From: Haliotis rubra
Lineage: Eukaryota
NCBI RefSeq assembly: GCF_003918875.1
Contig: NW_025766015.1
Span: forward strand, 1,426,001-1,490,000
Direction of reading: 5' to 3'
Length of the DNA stretch: 64,000 nucleotides
The translations under genes were made by a program, and so were the position numbers. The stretch's first letter is position 1. Every line of letters starts with the position of its first letter. This document shows positions 50,665 through 62,813 of this stretch, in pieces. Below the pieces are notes generated by a model. It had not been told where the DNA came from, searched no databases, and saw only the letters and a program-made list of their open reading frames with translations.

Positions 50665-53333
50665 ACAAACCGGATCCCAATATGATACACCTTACTTCAA
50701 TATGAGGCCTAAATATACAACACCTGCCTTTAAAACAAACCGGTCCCAATATGATACACCTTACTTCAATATAAGGCCTAAATATACAACACCTGACTTC
50801 AATACAAACCGGTCCCAATATGATACACCTTACTTCAATATAAGGCCTAAATATACAACACCTGACTTCAATACAAACCGGTCCCAATATGATACACCTT
50901 ACTTCAATATGAGGCCTAAATATACAACACCTGACTTCAATACAAACCAGACCCAATATGATACACCTTACTTCAATATAAGGCCTAAATATACAACACC
51001 TGACTTCAATACAAACTGGTCCCAATATGATACACCTTACTTCAATATGAGGCCTAAATATACAACACCTGACTTCAATACAAACCGTCCCAATATGATA
51101 CACCTTACTTCAATATGAGGCCTAAATATACAACACCTGACTTCAATACAAACCGTCCCAATATGATACACCTTACTTCAATATGAGGCCTAAATATACA
51201 ACACCTGCCTTTAAAACAAACCGGTCCCAATATGATACACCTTACTTCAATATAAGGCCTAAATATACAACACCTGACTTCAATACAAACCGGTCCCAAT
51301 ATGATACACCTTACTTCAATATAAGGCCTAAATATACAACACCTGACTTCAATACAAACCGGTCCCAATATGATACACCTTACTTCAATATGAGGCCTAA
51401 ATATACAACACCTGACTTCAATACAAACCGGACCCAATATGATACACCTTTACTTCAATATATAAGGCCTAAATATACAACACCTGACTTCAATACAAAC
51501 CGGTCCCAATATGATACACCTTACTTCAATATGAGGCCTAAATATACAACACCTGCCTTTAAAACAAACCGGTCCCAATATGATACACCTTACTTCAATA
51601 TAAGGCCTAAATATACAACACCTGACTTCAATACAAACCGGTCCCAATATGATACACCTTACTTCAATATGAGGCCTAAATATACAACACCTGACTTCAA
51701 TACAAACCGGACCCAATAGGATACACCTTACTTCAATATGAGGCCTAAATATACAACACCTGACTTCAATACAAACCGGTCCCAATATGATACACCTTAC
51801 TTCAACATGAGGCCTAAATATACAACACCTGACTTCAATACAAACCGGTCCCAATATGATACACCTTACTTCAATATGAGGCCTAAATATACAACACCTG
51901 ACTTCAATACAAACCGGTCCCAATATGATACACCTTACTTCAACATGAGGCCTAAATATACAACACCTGACTTCAATACAAACCGTCCTAATATGATACA
52001 CCTTACTTCAATATGAGGCCTAAATATACAACACCTGACTTCAATACAAACCGGACCCAATATGATACACCTTACTTCAATATAAGGCCTAAATATACAA
52101 CACCTGACTTCAATACAAACCGGTCCCAATATGATACACCTTACTTCAATATGAGGCCTAAATATACAACACCTGACTTCAATACAAACCGTCCCAATAT
52201 GATACACCTTACTTCAATATAAGGCCTAAATATACAACACCTGACTTCAATACAAACCGGTCCCAATATGATACACCTTACTTCCAATATGAGGCCTAAA
52301 TATACAACACCTGACTTCAATACAAACCGTCCCAATATGATACACCTTACTTCAATATGAGGCCTAAATATACAACACCTGCCTTTAAAAACAAAACCGT
52401 CCCAATATGATACACCTTACTTCAATATGAGGCTCTAATATACAACACCTGACTTCAATACAAACTGGTCCCAATATGATACACCTTACTTCAATATGAG
52501 GCCTAAATATACAACACCTGACTTCAATACAAACCGGTCCCAATATGATACACCTTACTTCAATATGAGGCCTAAATATACAACACCTGACTTCAATACA
52601 AACCGGTCCCAATATGATACACCTTACTTCAATATGAGGCCTAAATATACAACACCTGCCTTTAAAACAAACCGGTCCCAATATGATACACCTTACTTCA
52701 ATATAAGGCCTAAATATACAACACCTGACTTCAATACAAACCGGTCCCAATATGATACACCTTACTTCAATATGAGGCCTAAATATACAACACCTGACTT
52801 CAATACAAACCGACCCAATATGATACACCTTACTTCAATATAAGGCCTAAATATACAACACCTGACTTCAATACAAACCGGTCCCAATATGATACACCTT
52901 ACTTCAATATGAGGCCTAATATACAACACCTGCCTTTTAAACAAACCGTCCCAATATGATACACCTTACTTCAATATAAGGCCTAAAATATACAACACCT
53001 GACTTCAAATACAAACCCGGTCCCAATATGATACACCTTACTTCAATATGAGGCCTAAATATACAACACCTGACTTCAATACAAACCGGACCCAATAGGA
53101 TACACCTTACTTCAATATGAGGCCTAAATATACAACACCTGACTTCAATACAAACCGGTCCCAATATGATACACCTTACTTCAACATGAGGCCTAAATAT
53201 ACAACACCTGACTTCAATACAAACCGGTCCCAATATGATACACCTTACTTCAACATGAGGCCTAAATATATATATATAACACCTGACTTCAACACAAACC
53301 AGTCCCAATATGATACACCTTACTTCAATATGA
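50665..53333. repeat. 69-bp tandem repeat (33+36-bp dimer)
   Basis: The unit is ATATGATACACCTTACTTCAATATGAGGCCTAA-ATATACAACACCTGACTTCAATACAAACCGGTCCCA, about 39 copies. It is the source of the 23-aa-periodic ORFs. Confidence 0.97.
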
Positions 53334-53482
53334 ATGAGTGAGTTAAGCTTTACAACAACCCAGTGATCAACAGCATGTGCATCAACCTATGCAACTGGCA
53401 TACGATGACGTGTGTCTGACCACCCAATCTTATGACAAGAATGGGTTACTGTAGATCAATTCCAACCTAGATCTTCACGGGT
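53334..53482 (-). mobile_element. SINE family B (internally deleted) inserted at the edge of the 69-bp array
   Basis: 5' start ACCCGTGAAGATC. acttcaatatga is duplicated (53322-53333 and 53485-53496), and degenerate array units continue to about 53545. Confidence 0.8.
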
Positions 53483-53593
53483 CAACTTCAATATGAGGTC
53501 TAAATATATAACATCTCACTTCAACATGAAACACTGTATTTCAACAGAAGCATGTCGCGGCCAGTGATCTGCTATGGTCAGGGACTCAAGACT

Positions 53594-53702
53594 GAGTGAG
53601 TGACTTTGGTTTAATGCTGCTTTGGGCAATATTCTAGTAATATCACGGCAAGGGACACCAGTAATGGGTTTCACACATTGTACCCATGTGGGAATCAAAC
53701 CC
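53594..53702 (-). mobile_element. SINE family A, 5'-truncated
   Basis: Tail and body are present up to the B box. Confidence 0.78.
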
Positions 53703-54076
53703 ATGACCGCGTGACCTGACGTAGTGCATCAGTGCACATAGCATATACTGAGTACTGTTCATGGTGTATACCAGCAGTGGATTCAGCTCCACAATATCTT
53801 ATGTGGCATGATGCTGCTTATCACCTGGTTTACAAGACCAATGGCTCATAATCAGTGACAATTTACAATGATCATGAATGTTAGGCTGAATGGAGTTATT
53901 TCCCTTTTCAAAAACTTCGATTTTTCTACCCTTCACTGGATTCCATGTAAAGAGGTTGGGAAAAGACAGAGAGAAGTTGTCTTCTTAATGGTGAGGTTAG
54001 GTGAGGCGAGGCAGGAAACGAGGCGAGGTGAAGTGTGTGCTTGCTTGTGCTAGTCAGGACAAATGCTGGCATTATA

Positions 54077-54244
54077 GTGAGTGAGTCAGTGTGTTGACTT
54101 TTACGTTGCTTTTAGCAATATTCCAGCATTATCACGGCAGGGGACAGTAGAAATGGGCTTCACACACTGTACCCATGTGTGGAACGAACCCAGGTCTTCG
54201 GAGTGACGAGCAAACGCTTTAACCACTAGGCTACCCCACGCCCC
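54077..54244 (-). mobile_element. SINE family A, full length
   Basis: Head, body and tail are present. Confidence 0.88.
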
Positions 54245-54856
54245 TAAATGGAGTGAGTAAGTCAGTGAGTGAGTAAGTTAGTGCGAAAAAGAATGAGAGT
54301 TAGATTTTATGTTGCTCATGTAAAGAGAGTTCTTGTAAAGAGTTTTCACTGTGTGTGAAATCTCCAGAAAGCCCCAAGTGATAGACTTTAGACTTAAAGC
54401 TCTGGTACGTACCTCACAAGTAGTTCACTACTATGAGACTATGATTATAATATTAAGGGTATGATGTCAATCACAATTTTTGAAATCTCTAACTGAAGAG
54501 GCAAGGCATCTCAAGAGCAACTTCAAGTTTTCTATTGTCCTAAAAAGTTGAAATGGAAGTTGGAAATTTTATCTTTTTGAGCAAATGTACTGCCACATTA
54601 ATAAATTGTAGCTGCAACACTGGTTATTGTAGCAAGGAAAGTACAATTCTAAACTGAGATATGAGACTGAGAAAGAAGTAGTTTTCTACAAATATTAGCC
54701 AATATGGTCATGCCGCTATCAGACTGGCATCAATCAGATGTAGTGATTGTGATCTGAAACCTTGAGTGTTGAATGAGCTGGAGAAAAAGAAAAACCTGGA
54801 TTTCATGTCTTCCCATGGATTTCATGTCTTTCATGTTGAAATGCCAGTTAGGACGT

Positions 54857-55093
54857 ACCCATAAAGATCTTGGCTGGAATTGGTCTTCAACAACCTATAC
54901 TTGATGTAAGGGGCAACTATGCAATCGGGTGGTCAGATTCGCTGACTTGGTTGACACATGTCATTGTATCCCAGTGTCGTAGATCGATGCTCATGTTGTT
55001 GATCACTGGATTGTCTGATCTAGATTTGATTATGTACACACCGCCTCCATATAGCTGGAATATTGCTGAGTGTGGCATTAAACAACCAACCAA
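54857..55093 (+). mobile_element. SINE family B, full length
   Basis: Starts ACCCATAAAGATC and ends ...GGCATTAAACAACCAACCAA. Confidence 0.85.
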
Positions 55094-55213
55094 GAACCTA
55101 TGCATTGAAAATCTGGGCACAAGAAAAATCACACAAAAGCACAAATTTCAGTTTGGGTTTAACATTAATTGCTCAATGACACTCCCCTTAAAGAAAGCAC
55201 ATTACATACATAT

Positions 55214-56178
55214 TAGGGCTGTGCAGTATTACGATTATCAGGATATAATTCACATTCTGCAATATATTGGGTTATCCAGAGTTTGCTCCCTTTGAATTAT
55301 CTGCCCTTGATTTCCGTAGCAACAAAAATCACAAATATATTTTTATTTCTGTTGGTTTCATGTAGCATTTTACAAATGGAAGTACCTTTATAGGTGGTTT
55401 CAAAAGTGCCAAATATTCTACAAAATGCTTTTAGTTTTGTGGGCTTGAATGGTTTCATATGTGACTATTTTGGAGGAATTATGTGGCCTCAAATGGACCA
55501 ATTTTTTATTTGGACTTATAAGTAGAGCCTCTGGCTCTGGGTGGCCATTTCACAATTCTCATTATTTTATTATGCTTGATTGTTTCATAATAGGACATAT
55601 GTTATCAATTGATCACAAAGGCTTAAGTCTTATGAAGTTTGTAGGACTGTATCATGGCATTCAAGTCAAGGATCTTAATTATTAGAGGTCACATGATATT
55701 TTAAGCTCAAGTCATTCATGCCTTTGTTTCATTTTGCAATAGTTCATGCTAACACTTGTTTACATTGGTGTTGAATCTGAATGAATCACCGACATAAAGT
55801 AACAATAATTACATACTACTTTGAAGTACATTCTGTTGAAGCAAACAACACTGACCATGAAAATCATGTTATACTATCACCTTCATCATTTGTTGCAATA
55901 CTCCAATTAAACATTCCACACTGAGTCTCTCTATGATTTCATTTATCTGTAAACCATTGGCATACAGCCATACACAATGGTGATGAAGAGCAACCTGAAA
56001 GTATGGTGTAACAGCAACTCAGAAGATGATGATGTCACACACAGACAGCTATTGTGAATTTAAGATGTACACATTTGGGCAGAAACCTTCCAGTCAAAAT
56101 ATCACAATATGTATTGTAATATCTCTTAAATTATGGCAATATATCGCAATATGAAAATCAGGGCAATATCCAGCCCTA
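55214..56178. mobile_element. Old hAT-like non-autonomous element
   Basis: Termini TAGGGCTG and CAGCCCTA with subterminal CAATAT/ATATTG motifs. The TSD is not preserved. It ends about 20 bp from the OGFR-like donor site. Confidence 0.55.
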
Positions 56179-56198
56179 GTTACTATGAATCAACTGAC

Positions 56199-56347
56199 CT
56201 GTTGAGATGGTGGAAGCGCTGTCGCCAGTCTCTGTCTCGCTCTAGTTCCCCTGTCTCATCATCCTTCAGCTTCATCCCGTAGAAGTTCAGCATCATTTGG
56301 TAGGACTTTAAAACTCGTCCACAAGTCTCAGGGTTCTTCTTAATTGC
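56199..56347 (-). CDS. OGFRL1: OGFR/OGFRL1-family protein, penultimate exon (AIKKNPETCGRVLKSYQMMLNFYGMKLKDDETGELERDRDWRQRFHHLNR)
   Basis: 149-nt exon with a cccag| acceptor and an AG|gtcagt donor. The translation matches the OGFr domain pattern (Y.MML.FYG..L....TG.....W..RF..LN). It is in frame with both neighbouring exons and is absent from the ORF track. Confidence 0.93.
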
Positions 56348-56689
56348 CTGGGCAACAAACAAAATACATTACATTTGAAACCAACAGTTTATAGTCCAAG
56401 GCCTGGATCCAATAGAAGACCACAGCACTAAGATGATTGTATCTCCCATATTTTGAAAGACTTACAGACGTCTCACAGCAAAGATCCCTTTGCAGAAAGC
56501 AACTAAGACAAGAGGCTCTAAGACAACAGAGCTGGGATTCCTTTCACGAAGCAACCTTTACTAAGGTATCCTTAACATTAGCGACTTACGATCACCTTAA
56601 CATTAGCGACTTACGATCTCGTTAACATTAGTGCTTTGTGAAAGGAAGCCCAGAACCTATCATTCAGGGCCCATTCTCAAAAAACAATC

Positions 56690-56856
56690 TGAGTGAGTGA
56701 GTGAGTGAGTGAGTGAGTGAGTGAGAGAGTGAGAGAGTGAGCATGATTTTCCACTGCTTTAGCAATATTTGAGCAAAATCACGACAGGTGACACCAGTAA
56801 TGGGCTCCACACATTGTACCCATGTGGGAATCGAACCCGGGTCTTTGGCGTGATGA
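56690..56856 (-). mobile_element. SINE family A with an expanded (GAGT)n tail
   Basis: Body and B box are present; long tgag repeat. Confidence 0.82.
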
Positions 56857-57219
56857 GTGTGTTGAGGTGAGCAAAAATTACTTCCTCAAAGTTTACACTG
56901 AATGTAATGTCTTGGAAATGTTTGTGAGGGCCATATCGGTGCAACAGGTCAACCCTCCCCTGACTAGTTTGTCACAGGGGATATAATAGCATAGTCCAGT
57001 TTGGACGTTAACATTAAATCTAGTTGTGCTGAAATATTGAATGTAAAGGCACACAGGTAAGAGTATGCACTTATTACTGACACAGGAGAAATAATCACTC
57101 TTGAATTTCAAAACAGTTTCCAAGCTGAAACATTATCTTAACTGAACCTGCTCGACAGCAAACAGGTCATTTAAACTCTGATAGGGACATGCTGATCACC
57201 AAATAGAATATTGTCATAC

Positions 57220-57286
57220 CTCAGCTTCCTTAACTTGTAGCTCTTGAGCATAGTAGTTCATTCCATTCTCTCGAATAGGAAACAAC
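57220..57286 (-). CDS. OGFRL1: OGFR/OGFRL1-family protein, internal exon ((W)LFPIRENGMNYYAQELQVKEAE)
   Basis: 67-nt exon with an acag|G acceptor and a GAG|gtatga donor. It matches the OGFr 'IQWLFP.RE.G.N..A..L...E' motif. The upstream exon ending in ...IQ-TG was not found in the window. Confidence 0.9.
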
Positions 57287-57560
57287 CTGTATCAATGAAA
57301 AGAACAATATTTTCCATCACAAATATATTCTTCTTATATAAAATAAGGTCTGTGTCAACATAGGTCGTCAGCACCTTAATGTACCAAGAAAGAGAATCAC
57401 TACAGCTGGAGGTCGAATGATCAACCGTGGCAGGTCACTTGATCTGCATGAGCTTCCATATGCCCCATATCAGTAACTGGAGCAGGGCTGTGTTCGGAGG
57501 AGCTGTCCAAAGGCTGGAAACTTAGTTCCAGAACGTTTACACTCCATGATGTAAGGAACT

Positions 57561-57642
57561 GACTAACTGACTGACTGAGCATGGTTTTACGCCGCTTTTA
57601 ACAATCTTCCAGCAATATCACGGCAGGGGACACAAGAAATGG
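57561..57642 (-). mobile_element. SINE family A, 5'-truncated with TSD
   Basis: tgtaaggaact is duplicated on both sides. Confidence 0.75.
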
Positions 57643-58089
57643 TGTAAGGAACTAGAGAAAGTGCTCTTTGTGAGATAGGATAAGTTTAAAAATTCACATT
57701 TACTGAAAATGTTGCATGCAGATGTGGTAGATTCAAAATCGCCTACTGCGATTTGAATATACAATATGGTATGAGGTTGATAGTGTCAATGAAACGACAG
57801 TTCGGCAGAAAACAAAAATAAAGTTAACAAATTTATTTTCTTTACATTTCAAAAACTAGATTTTGTGGTGCTATATGTGTAATTATTAACAGTAAATATT
57901 TTTGCAAACACACTTTTAGACGACTTACCACTGTATGTAACCATGGTGACTCTCGAGTCTGTCATAGTCTCCAAACCATTTCTTGTGTATGACATCAATT
58001 TTGTCACCTGCAATACAGGATAACAGTTGCAAAATCTCCAAAGTATCACAAGAATATGATCTATCTATCCTGTAATAGACTCAAACACA

Positions 58090-60150
58090 AGTAGGTGTTA
58101 GGGTCGGTTGGTGACTTGGTGAGTGAGTGAGTGGACAGGTAGGTGTTAGGGTCGGTTGGTGATGGGGTTAGTGAGGTGTTTGGGTCGGTAGGTGACTGAG
58201 TTAGAGTGTGGACAGGTAGGTGTTTGGGTCAGTTGGTGACTGGCTTAGTAGGTGGACAGGTGGGTGTTAGGGTCAGTTGGTGACTGGGTTAGTGAGTGGA
58301 CAGGTAGGTGTTAGGGTCAGTTGGTGACTGGCTTAGTGGGTGGACAGGTGGGTGTTAGGGTCAGTTGGTGACTGGGTTAGTGGGTGGACAGGTGGGTGTT
58401 TGGGTCAGTTGGTGACTGGGTTAGTGGGTGGACAGGTAGGTGTTTGGGTCAGTTGGTGACTGGGTTAGTGAGTGGACAGGTAGGTGTTAGGGTCAGTTGG
58501 TGACTGGCTTAGTGGGTGGACAGGTGGGTGTTAGGGTCAGTTGGTGACTGGGTTAGTGAGTGGACAGGTAGGTGTTAGGGTCAGTTGGTGACTGGGTTAG
58601 TGAGTGGACAGGTAGGTGTTAGGGTCAGTTGGTGACTGGGTTAGTGAGTGGACAGGTAGGTGTTAGGGTCAGTTGGTGACTGGGTTAGTGAGGTGGACAG
58701 GTGGGTGTTAGGGTCAGTTGGTGACTGGGTTGAGTGAGTGGACAGGTAGGTGTTAGGGTCAGTTGGTGACTGGGTTGAGTGGGTGGACAGGTGGGTGTTA
58801 GGGTCAGTTGGTGACTGGCTTAGTGGGTGGACAGGTGGGTGTTAGGGTCAGTTGGTGACTGGGTTAGTGAGTGGACAGGTGGGTGTTAGGGTCAGTTGGT
58901 GACTGGGTTAGTGGGTGGACAGGTGGGTGTTAGGGTCAGTTGGTGACTGGCTTAGTGGGTGGACAGGTGGGTGTTAGGGTCAGTTGGTGACTGGGTTAGT
59001 GGGTGGACAGGTAGGTGTTAGGGTCAGTTGGTGACTGGCTTAGTGAGTGGACAGGTAGGTGTTTGGGTCAGTTGGTGACTGGGTTAGTGAGTGGACAGGT
59101 AGGTGTTTGGGTCTAGTGAGTAGATAGGTAGGTGCTGGGGTTGGTTGGTGACTGGCTTAGTGAGTGGACAGGTAGGTGTTAGGGTCAGTTGGTGACTGGG
59201 TTAGTGAGTGGACAGGTAGGTGTTTGGGTCAGTGAGTAGATAGGTAGGTGCTGGGGTTGGTTGGTGACTGGCTTAGTGAGTGGACAGGTGGGTGTTAGGG
59301 TCAGTTGGTGACTGGGTTAGTGAGTGGACAGGTGGGTTTTTGGGTTGGTTGGTGACTGGGTGAGTGTGTGGACAGGTAGGTGTTTGGGTTGGTTGGTGAC
59401 TGGGTGAGTGGGTGGACAGGTAGCTGCTGGGGTTGGTTGGTGACTGGGTTAGTGAGTAGATAGGTAGGTGTTTGGGTCAGTTGGTGACTTGGTGAGTAAG
59501 TGGACAGGTAGGTGTTTGGGTTGGTTTGTGACTGGGTGAGTGTGTGGACAGGTAGGTGTTTGGGTTGGTTGGTGACTGGGTGAGTGTGTGGACAGGTAGG
59601 TGTTTGGGTCAGTTGGTGACTGGGTTAGTGAGTAGATAGGTAGGTGTTTGGGTCAGTTGGTGACTTGGTGAGTAAGTGGACAGGTAGGTGTTTGGGTTGG
59701 TTTGTGACTGGGTTAGTGAGTGGACAGGTAGGTGTTTGGGTCAGTTGGTGACTGGGTTAGTGAGTGGACAGGTAGGTGTTTGGGTCAGTTGGTGACTGGG
59801 TTAGTGAGTGGACAGGTAGGTGTTTGGGTCAGTTGGTGACTGGGTTAGTGAGGTGGACAGGTAGGTTTTGGGTCAGCTGGTGACTGGGTTGAGTGAGTGG
59901 ACAGGTGGGTGTTAGGGTCAGTTGGTGACTGGGTTAGTGAGTGGACAGGTAGGTTTTGGGTCAGTTGGTGACTGGGTTAGTGAGTGGACAGGTAGGTGTT
60001 TGGGTCAGTTGGTGACTGGGTTAGTGAGTGGACAGGTAGGTGTTTGGGTCAGTTGGTGACTGGGTTAGTGAGTGGACAGGTAGGTGTTTGGGTCAGTTGG
60101 TGACTGGGTTAGTGAGTGGACAGCAGGTGTTTGGGTTGGTTTGTGGGTAG
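58090..60150. repeat. 44-bp G-rich tandem repeat containing TTAGGG
   Basis: The unit is GGACAGGT(A/G)GGTGTT(A/T)GGGTCAGTTGGTGACTGGGTTAGTG(A/G)GT, about 46 copies. Confidence 0.96.
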
Positions 60151-60642
60151 GGAGAGGGAGAGGGAGGAGAGGGAGAGGGAGAGAGTGTTCTCACAATATG
60201 TTTTACCTTAAGACAAATGAGACATACCATTGGGACGAGATGAGATGCTGTTTGTATAAAAGTCGAGGTTTAGAGTTCCAGAACAGTCCTTCTTTCCCTG
60301 AAACAAGCCATAGACCATACAGATATGTTACCTGAAGAAGACTTATGTTAATCAGATTTCAGTCACTACTGATATAAGTCATGATGTTTAGTCTACAATG
60401 GTAACTATCATCAAGTCAAGTCTGCATTACACATTATTTCTGCTGGATTTCAGACTGAAAAGTTACGCTTCCCGAGTTTCTACTAATTTCAGTAGCACAT
60501 GAGATTAGCTGTTCTCAAAAGCAATGTGTTTATGTATCAATGACAAGCACATTATCACAACAGTAGCAATGCAAATTTCATAACACTGACATTAATTATC
60601 TGCATTTACAACTGTGATTAAAGTGTCAGTGACTTCCAGGTG

Positions 60643-60805
60643 AGTGAGTTAGTTTAGTTTGACGCTGCTTTTAGCAATATTCCAGCAATATCACGGTGGG
60701 GGACACTTGAAATGGGCTTCACACAATGTGCCCATGTGGGAAATCGAACCCGGGTCTTCGGCGTGACAAGCAAACATCTAGGCTACTAGGCTACCCCACT
60801 GCCCC
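60643..60805 (-). mobile_element. SINE family A with TSD
   Basis: Flanked by gactt(c)caggtg and gacttctaggtg (12 bp, 1 mismatch). Confidence 0.88.
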
Positions 60806-61173
60806 GACTTCTAGGTGTCTGACCAGGCAAACTTCGAGACATATATTTCCAGGTGACAGGTGTCACTTGACCAGGCCACATACTTTTCCCCATCCAATCA
60901 ACAGTCATTTGCAGCCATTGTCTTAATGGATTAGATGACGTCTGTTCATCAGTGTGGCACATAATTGTAAGTGTAAGTGACCAAAGTTTCAAATGATTAC
61001 TGAATTATCATAAACAAGTTGGGTTTGTTTGTTGTTTGCTGCATCATTCTGTAATAAAACAGTGAAGTCTGAACCTGGAAACATGTGATCGATATTATGA
61101 GCATTCACTGATGGGAGATAATGTCAATACGCCTTGACATACAATACCTGAACTTAACTACCTCCTCCATTGA

Positions 61174-61342
61174 AGGGGCGGTGTATTACTATTAGCCTAG
61201 TGGTTAAAACATTTGCTTATCACGTCAAAGATCCTGGTTCGATTCCCCACATGGGCACAGTGTGTGAAGCCCATTTCTGGTGTCCCCTGCAGTGATGTGG
61301 CTGGAAAATTTCTAAAAGTGGCATAAAACCACACCCACTCAC
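61174..61342 (+). mobile_element. SINE family A, full length
   Basis: Head with A and B boxes, body and tail; inverted relative to the copy at 60643-60805. Confidence 0.85.
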
Positions 61343-61792
61343 TTTTCTTTCTTTCTCACAATCAAGTTATTTCCTCTCCCTGAATTCCATACATATGCTC
61401 AAACTGATTCAAAGAAAAGGAAAACTGTACTAATTGCATAACACAGAGATGACAGCTCATCAACATGACAGTCTTTTAAAATGCTGTTAAATTTCTGACA
61501 ATGATAAGCTTAGAAGAAAACACACTTCTGGGACAAGTGGAAACTAGTAAAGTAGGTGCTCTTGGCTTAGTACTTGACTTGCCACTTGACCTTGTTAATT
61601 ATAGTTCACAGTATATTGTAAATTGTGAAATTAACACATCATCAAGTTAAAGCGAAAGTCGACCCTAACCTTAAACTGTGCTACCATCTTGTTAAAGGTC
61701 TTCAAAAAACAAAACATGCCTGAATGCCATTCTTCCAGTAAAGTCAAGAGTTTTTCAAAATATTCAAGCACTTTGACTTGAGAAGACTTGAG

Positions 61793-62813
61793 GCCAGGAC
61801 ACTTACCGGATAACCTTTTCTGTAATCCTTCATGCCAGGACACTTACCGGGTAAACTTTTCTGTAATTCTTTATGCCGGGATAGTTACCAGATAACCTTT
61901 TCTGTAATCCGTCATGCCGGGACACTTACTGGATAACCTTTTCTGTAATCCTTCATGCCAGGACACTTACTGGATAACTTTTTCTGTAATCCGTCACGCC
62001 AGGACACTTACCGGATAACCTTTTCTGTAATCCTTCATGCCAGGACACATACCGGATAACCTTTTCTGTAATCCTTCATGCCAGGACACATACCAGATAA
62101 CCTTTTCTGTAATCCTTCATGCCGGGACACTTACCGGATAACCTTTTCTGTAATCCGTCATGCCGGGACACTTACCAGATAACCTTTTCTGTAATCCGTC
62201 ATGCCGGGACACTTACCAGATAACCTTTTCTGTAATCCTTCATGCCGGGACACTTACTGGATAACCTTTTCTGTAATCCGTCATGCCGGGACACTTACTG
62301 GATAACCTTTTCTGTAATCCTTCATGCCAGGACACTTACTGGATAACCTTTTCTGTAATCCGTCATGCCAGGACACTTACTGGATAACCTTTTCTGTAAT
62401 CCGTCACGCCAGGACACTTACCGGATAACCTTTTCTGTAATCCTTCATGCCAGGACACATACCGGATAACCTTTTCTGTAATCCTTCATGCCAGGACACA
62501 TACCAGATAACCTTTTCTGTAATCCTTCATGCCAGGACACTTACCGGATAACCTTTTCTGTAATCCTTCATGCCAGGACACATACCAGATAACCTTTTCT
62601 GTAATCCTTCATGCCAGGACACTTACCGGATAACCTTTTCTGTAATCCTTCATGCCAGGACACTTACCGGATAACCTTTTCTGTAATCCTTCATGCCAGG
62701 ACACTTTGCGGATAACCTTTTCTGTAATCCTTCATGCCAGGACACTTACCAGAGAACCTTTTCTGTAATCCTTCACGCCAGGACACTTACCGGATAACCT
62801 TTTCTGTAATCCT
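61793..62813. repeat. 41-bp tandem repeat
   Basis: The unit is CC(A/G)GGACACTTACCGGATAACCTTTTCTGTAATCC(T/G)TCATG, about 25 copies. Confidence 0.96.

Noticed and set aside
50537-53341. Repetitive ORFs (MRPKYTTPDFNTNRSQYDTPYFN)n and their antisense
   Set aside because: Products of the 69-bp array, frequently frameshifted by 1-bp unit variants.
58090-60150. Interstitial telomere
   Set aside because: TTAGGG occurs at most once per 44-bp unit, not as tandem hexamers.
5028-62813. Regular 34-44-bp repeats as CRISPR arrays
   Set aside because: The units are head-to-tail with no unique spacers, there are no cas genes, and the context is eukaryotic.
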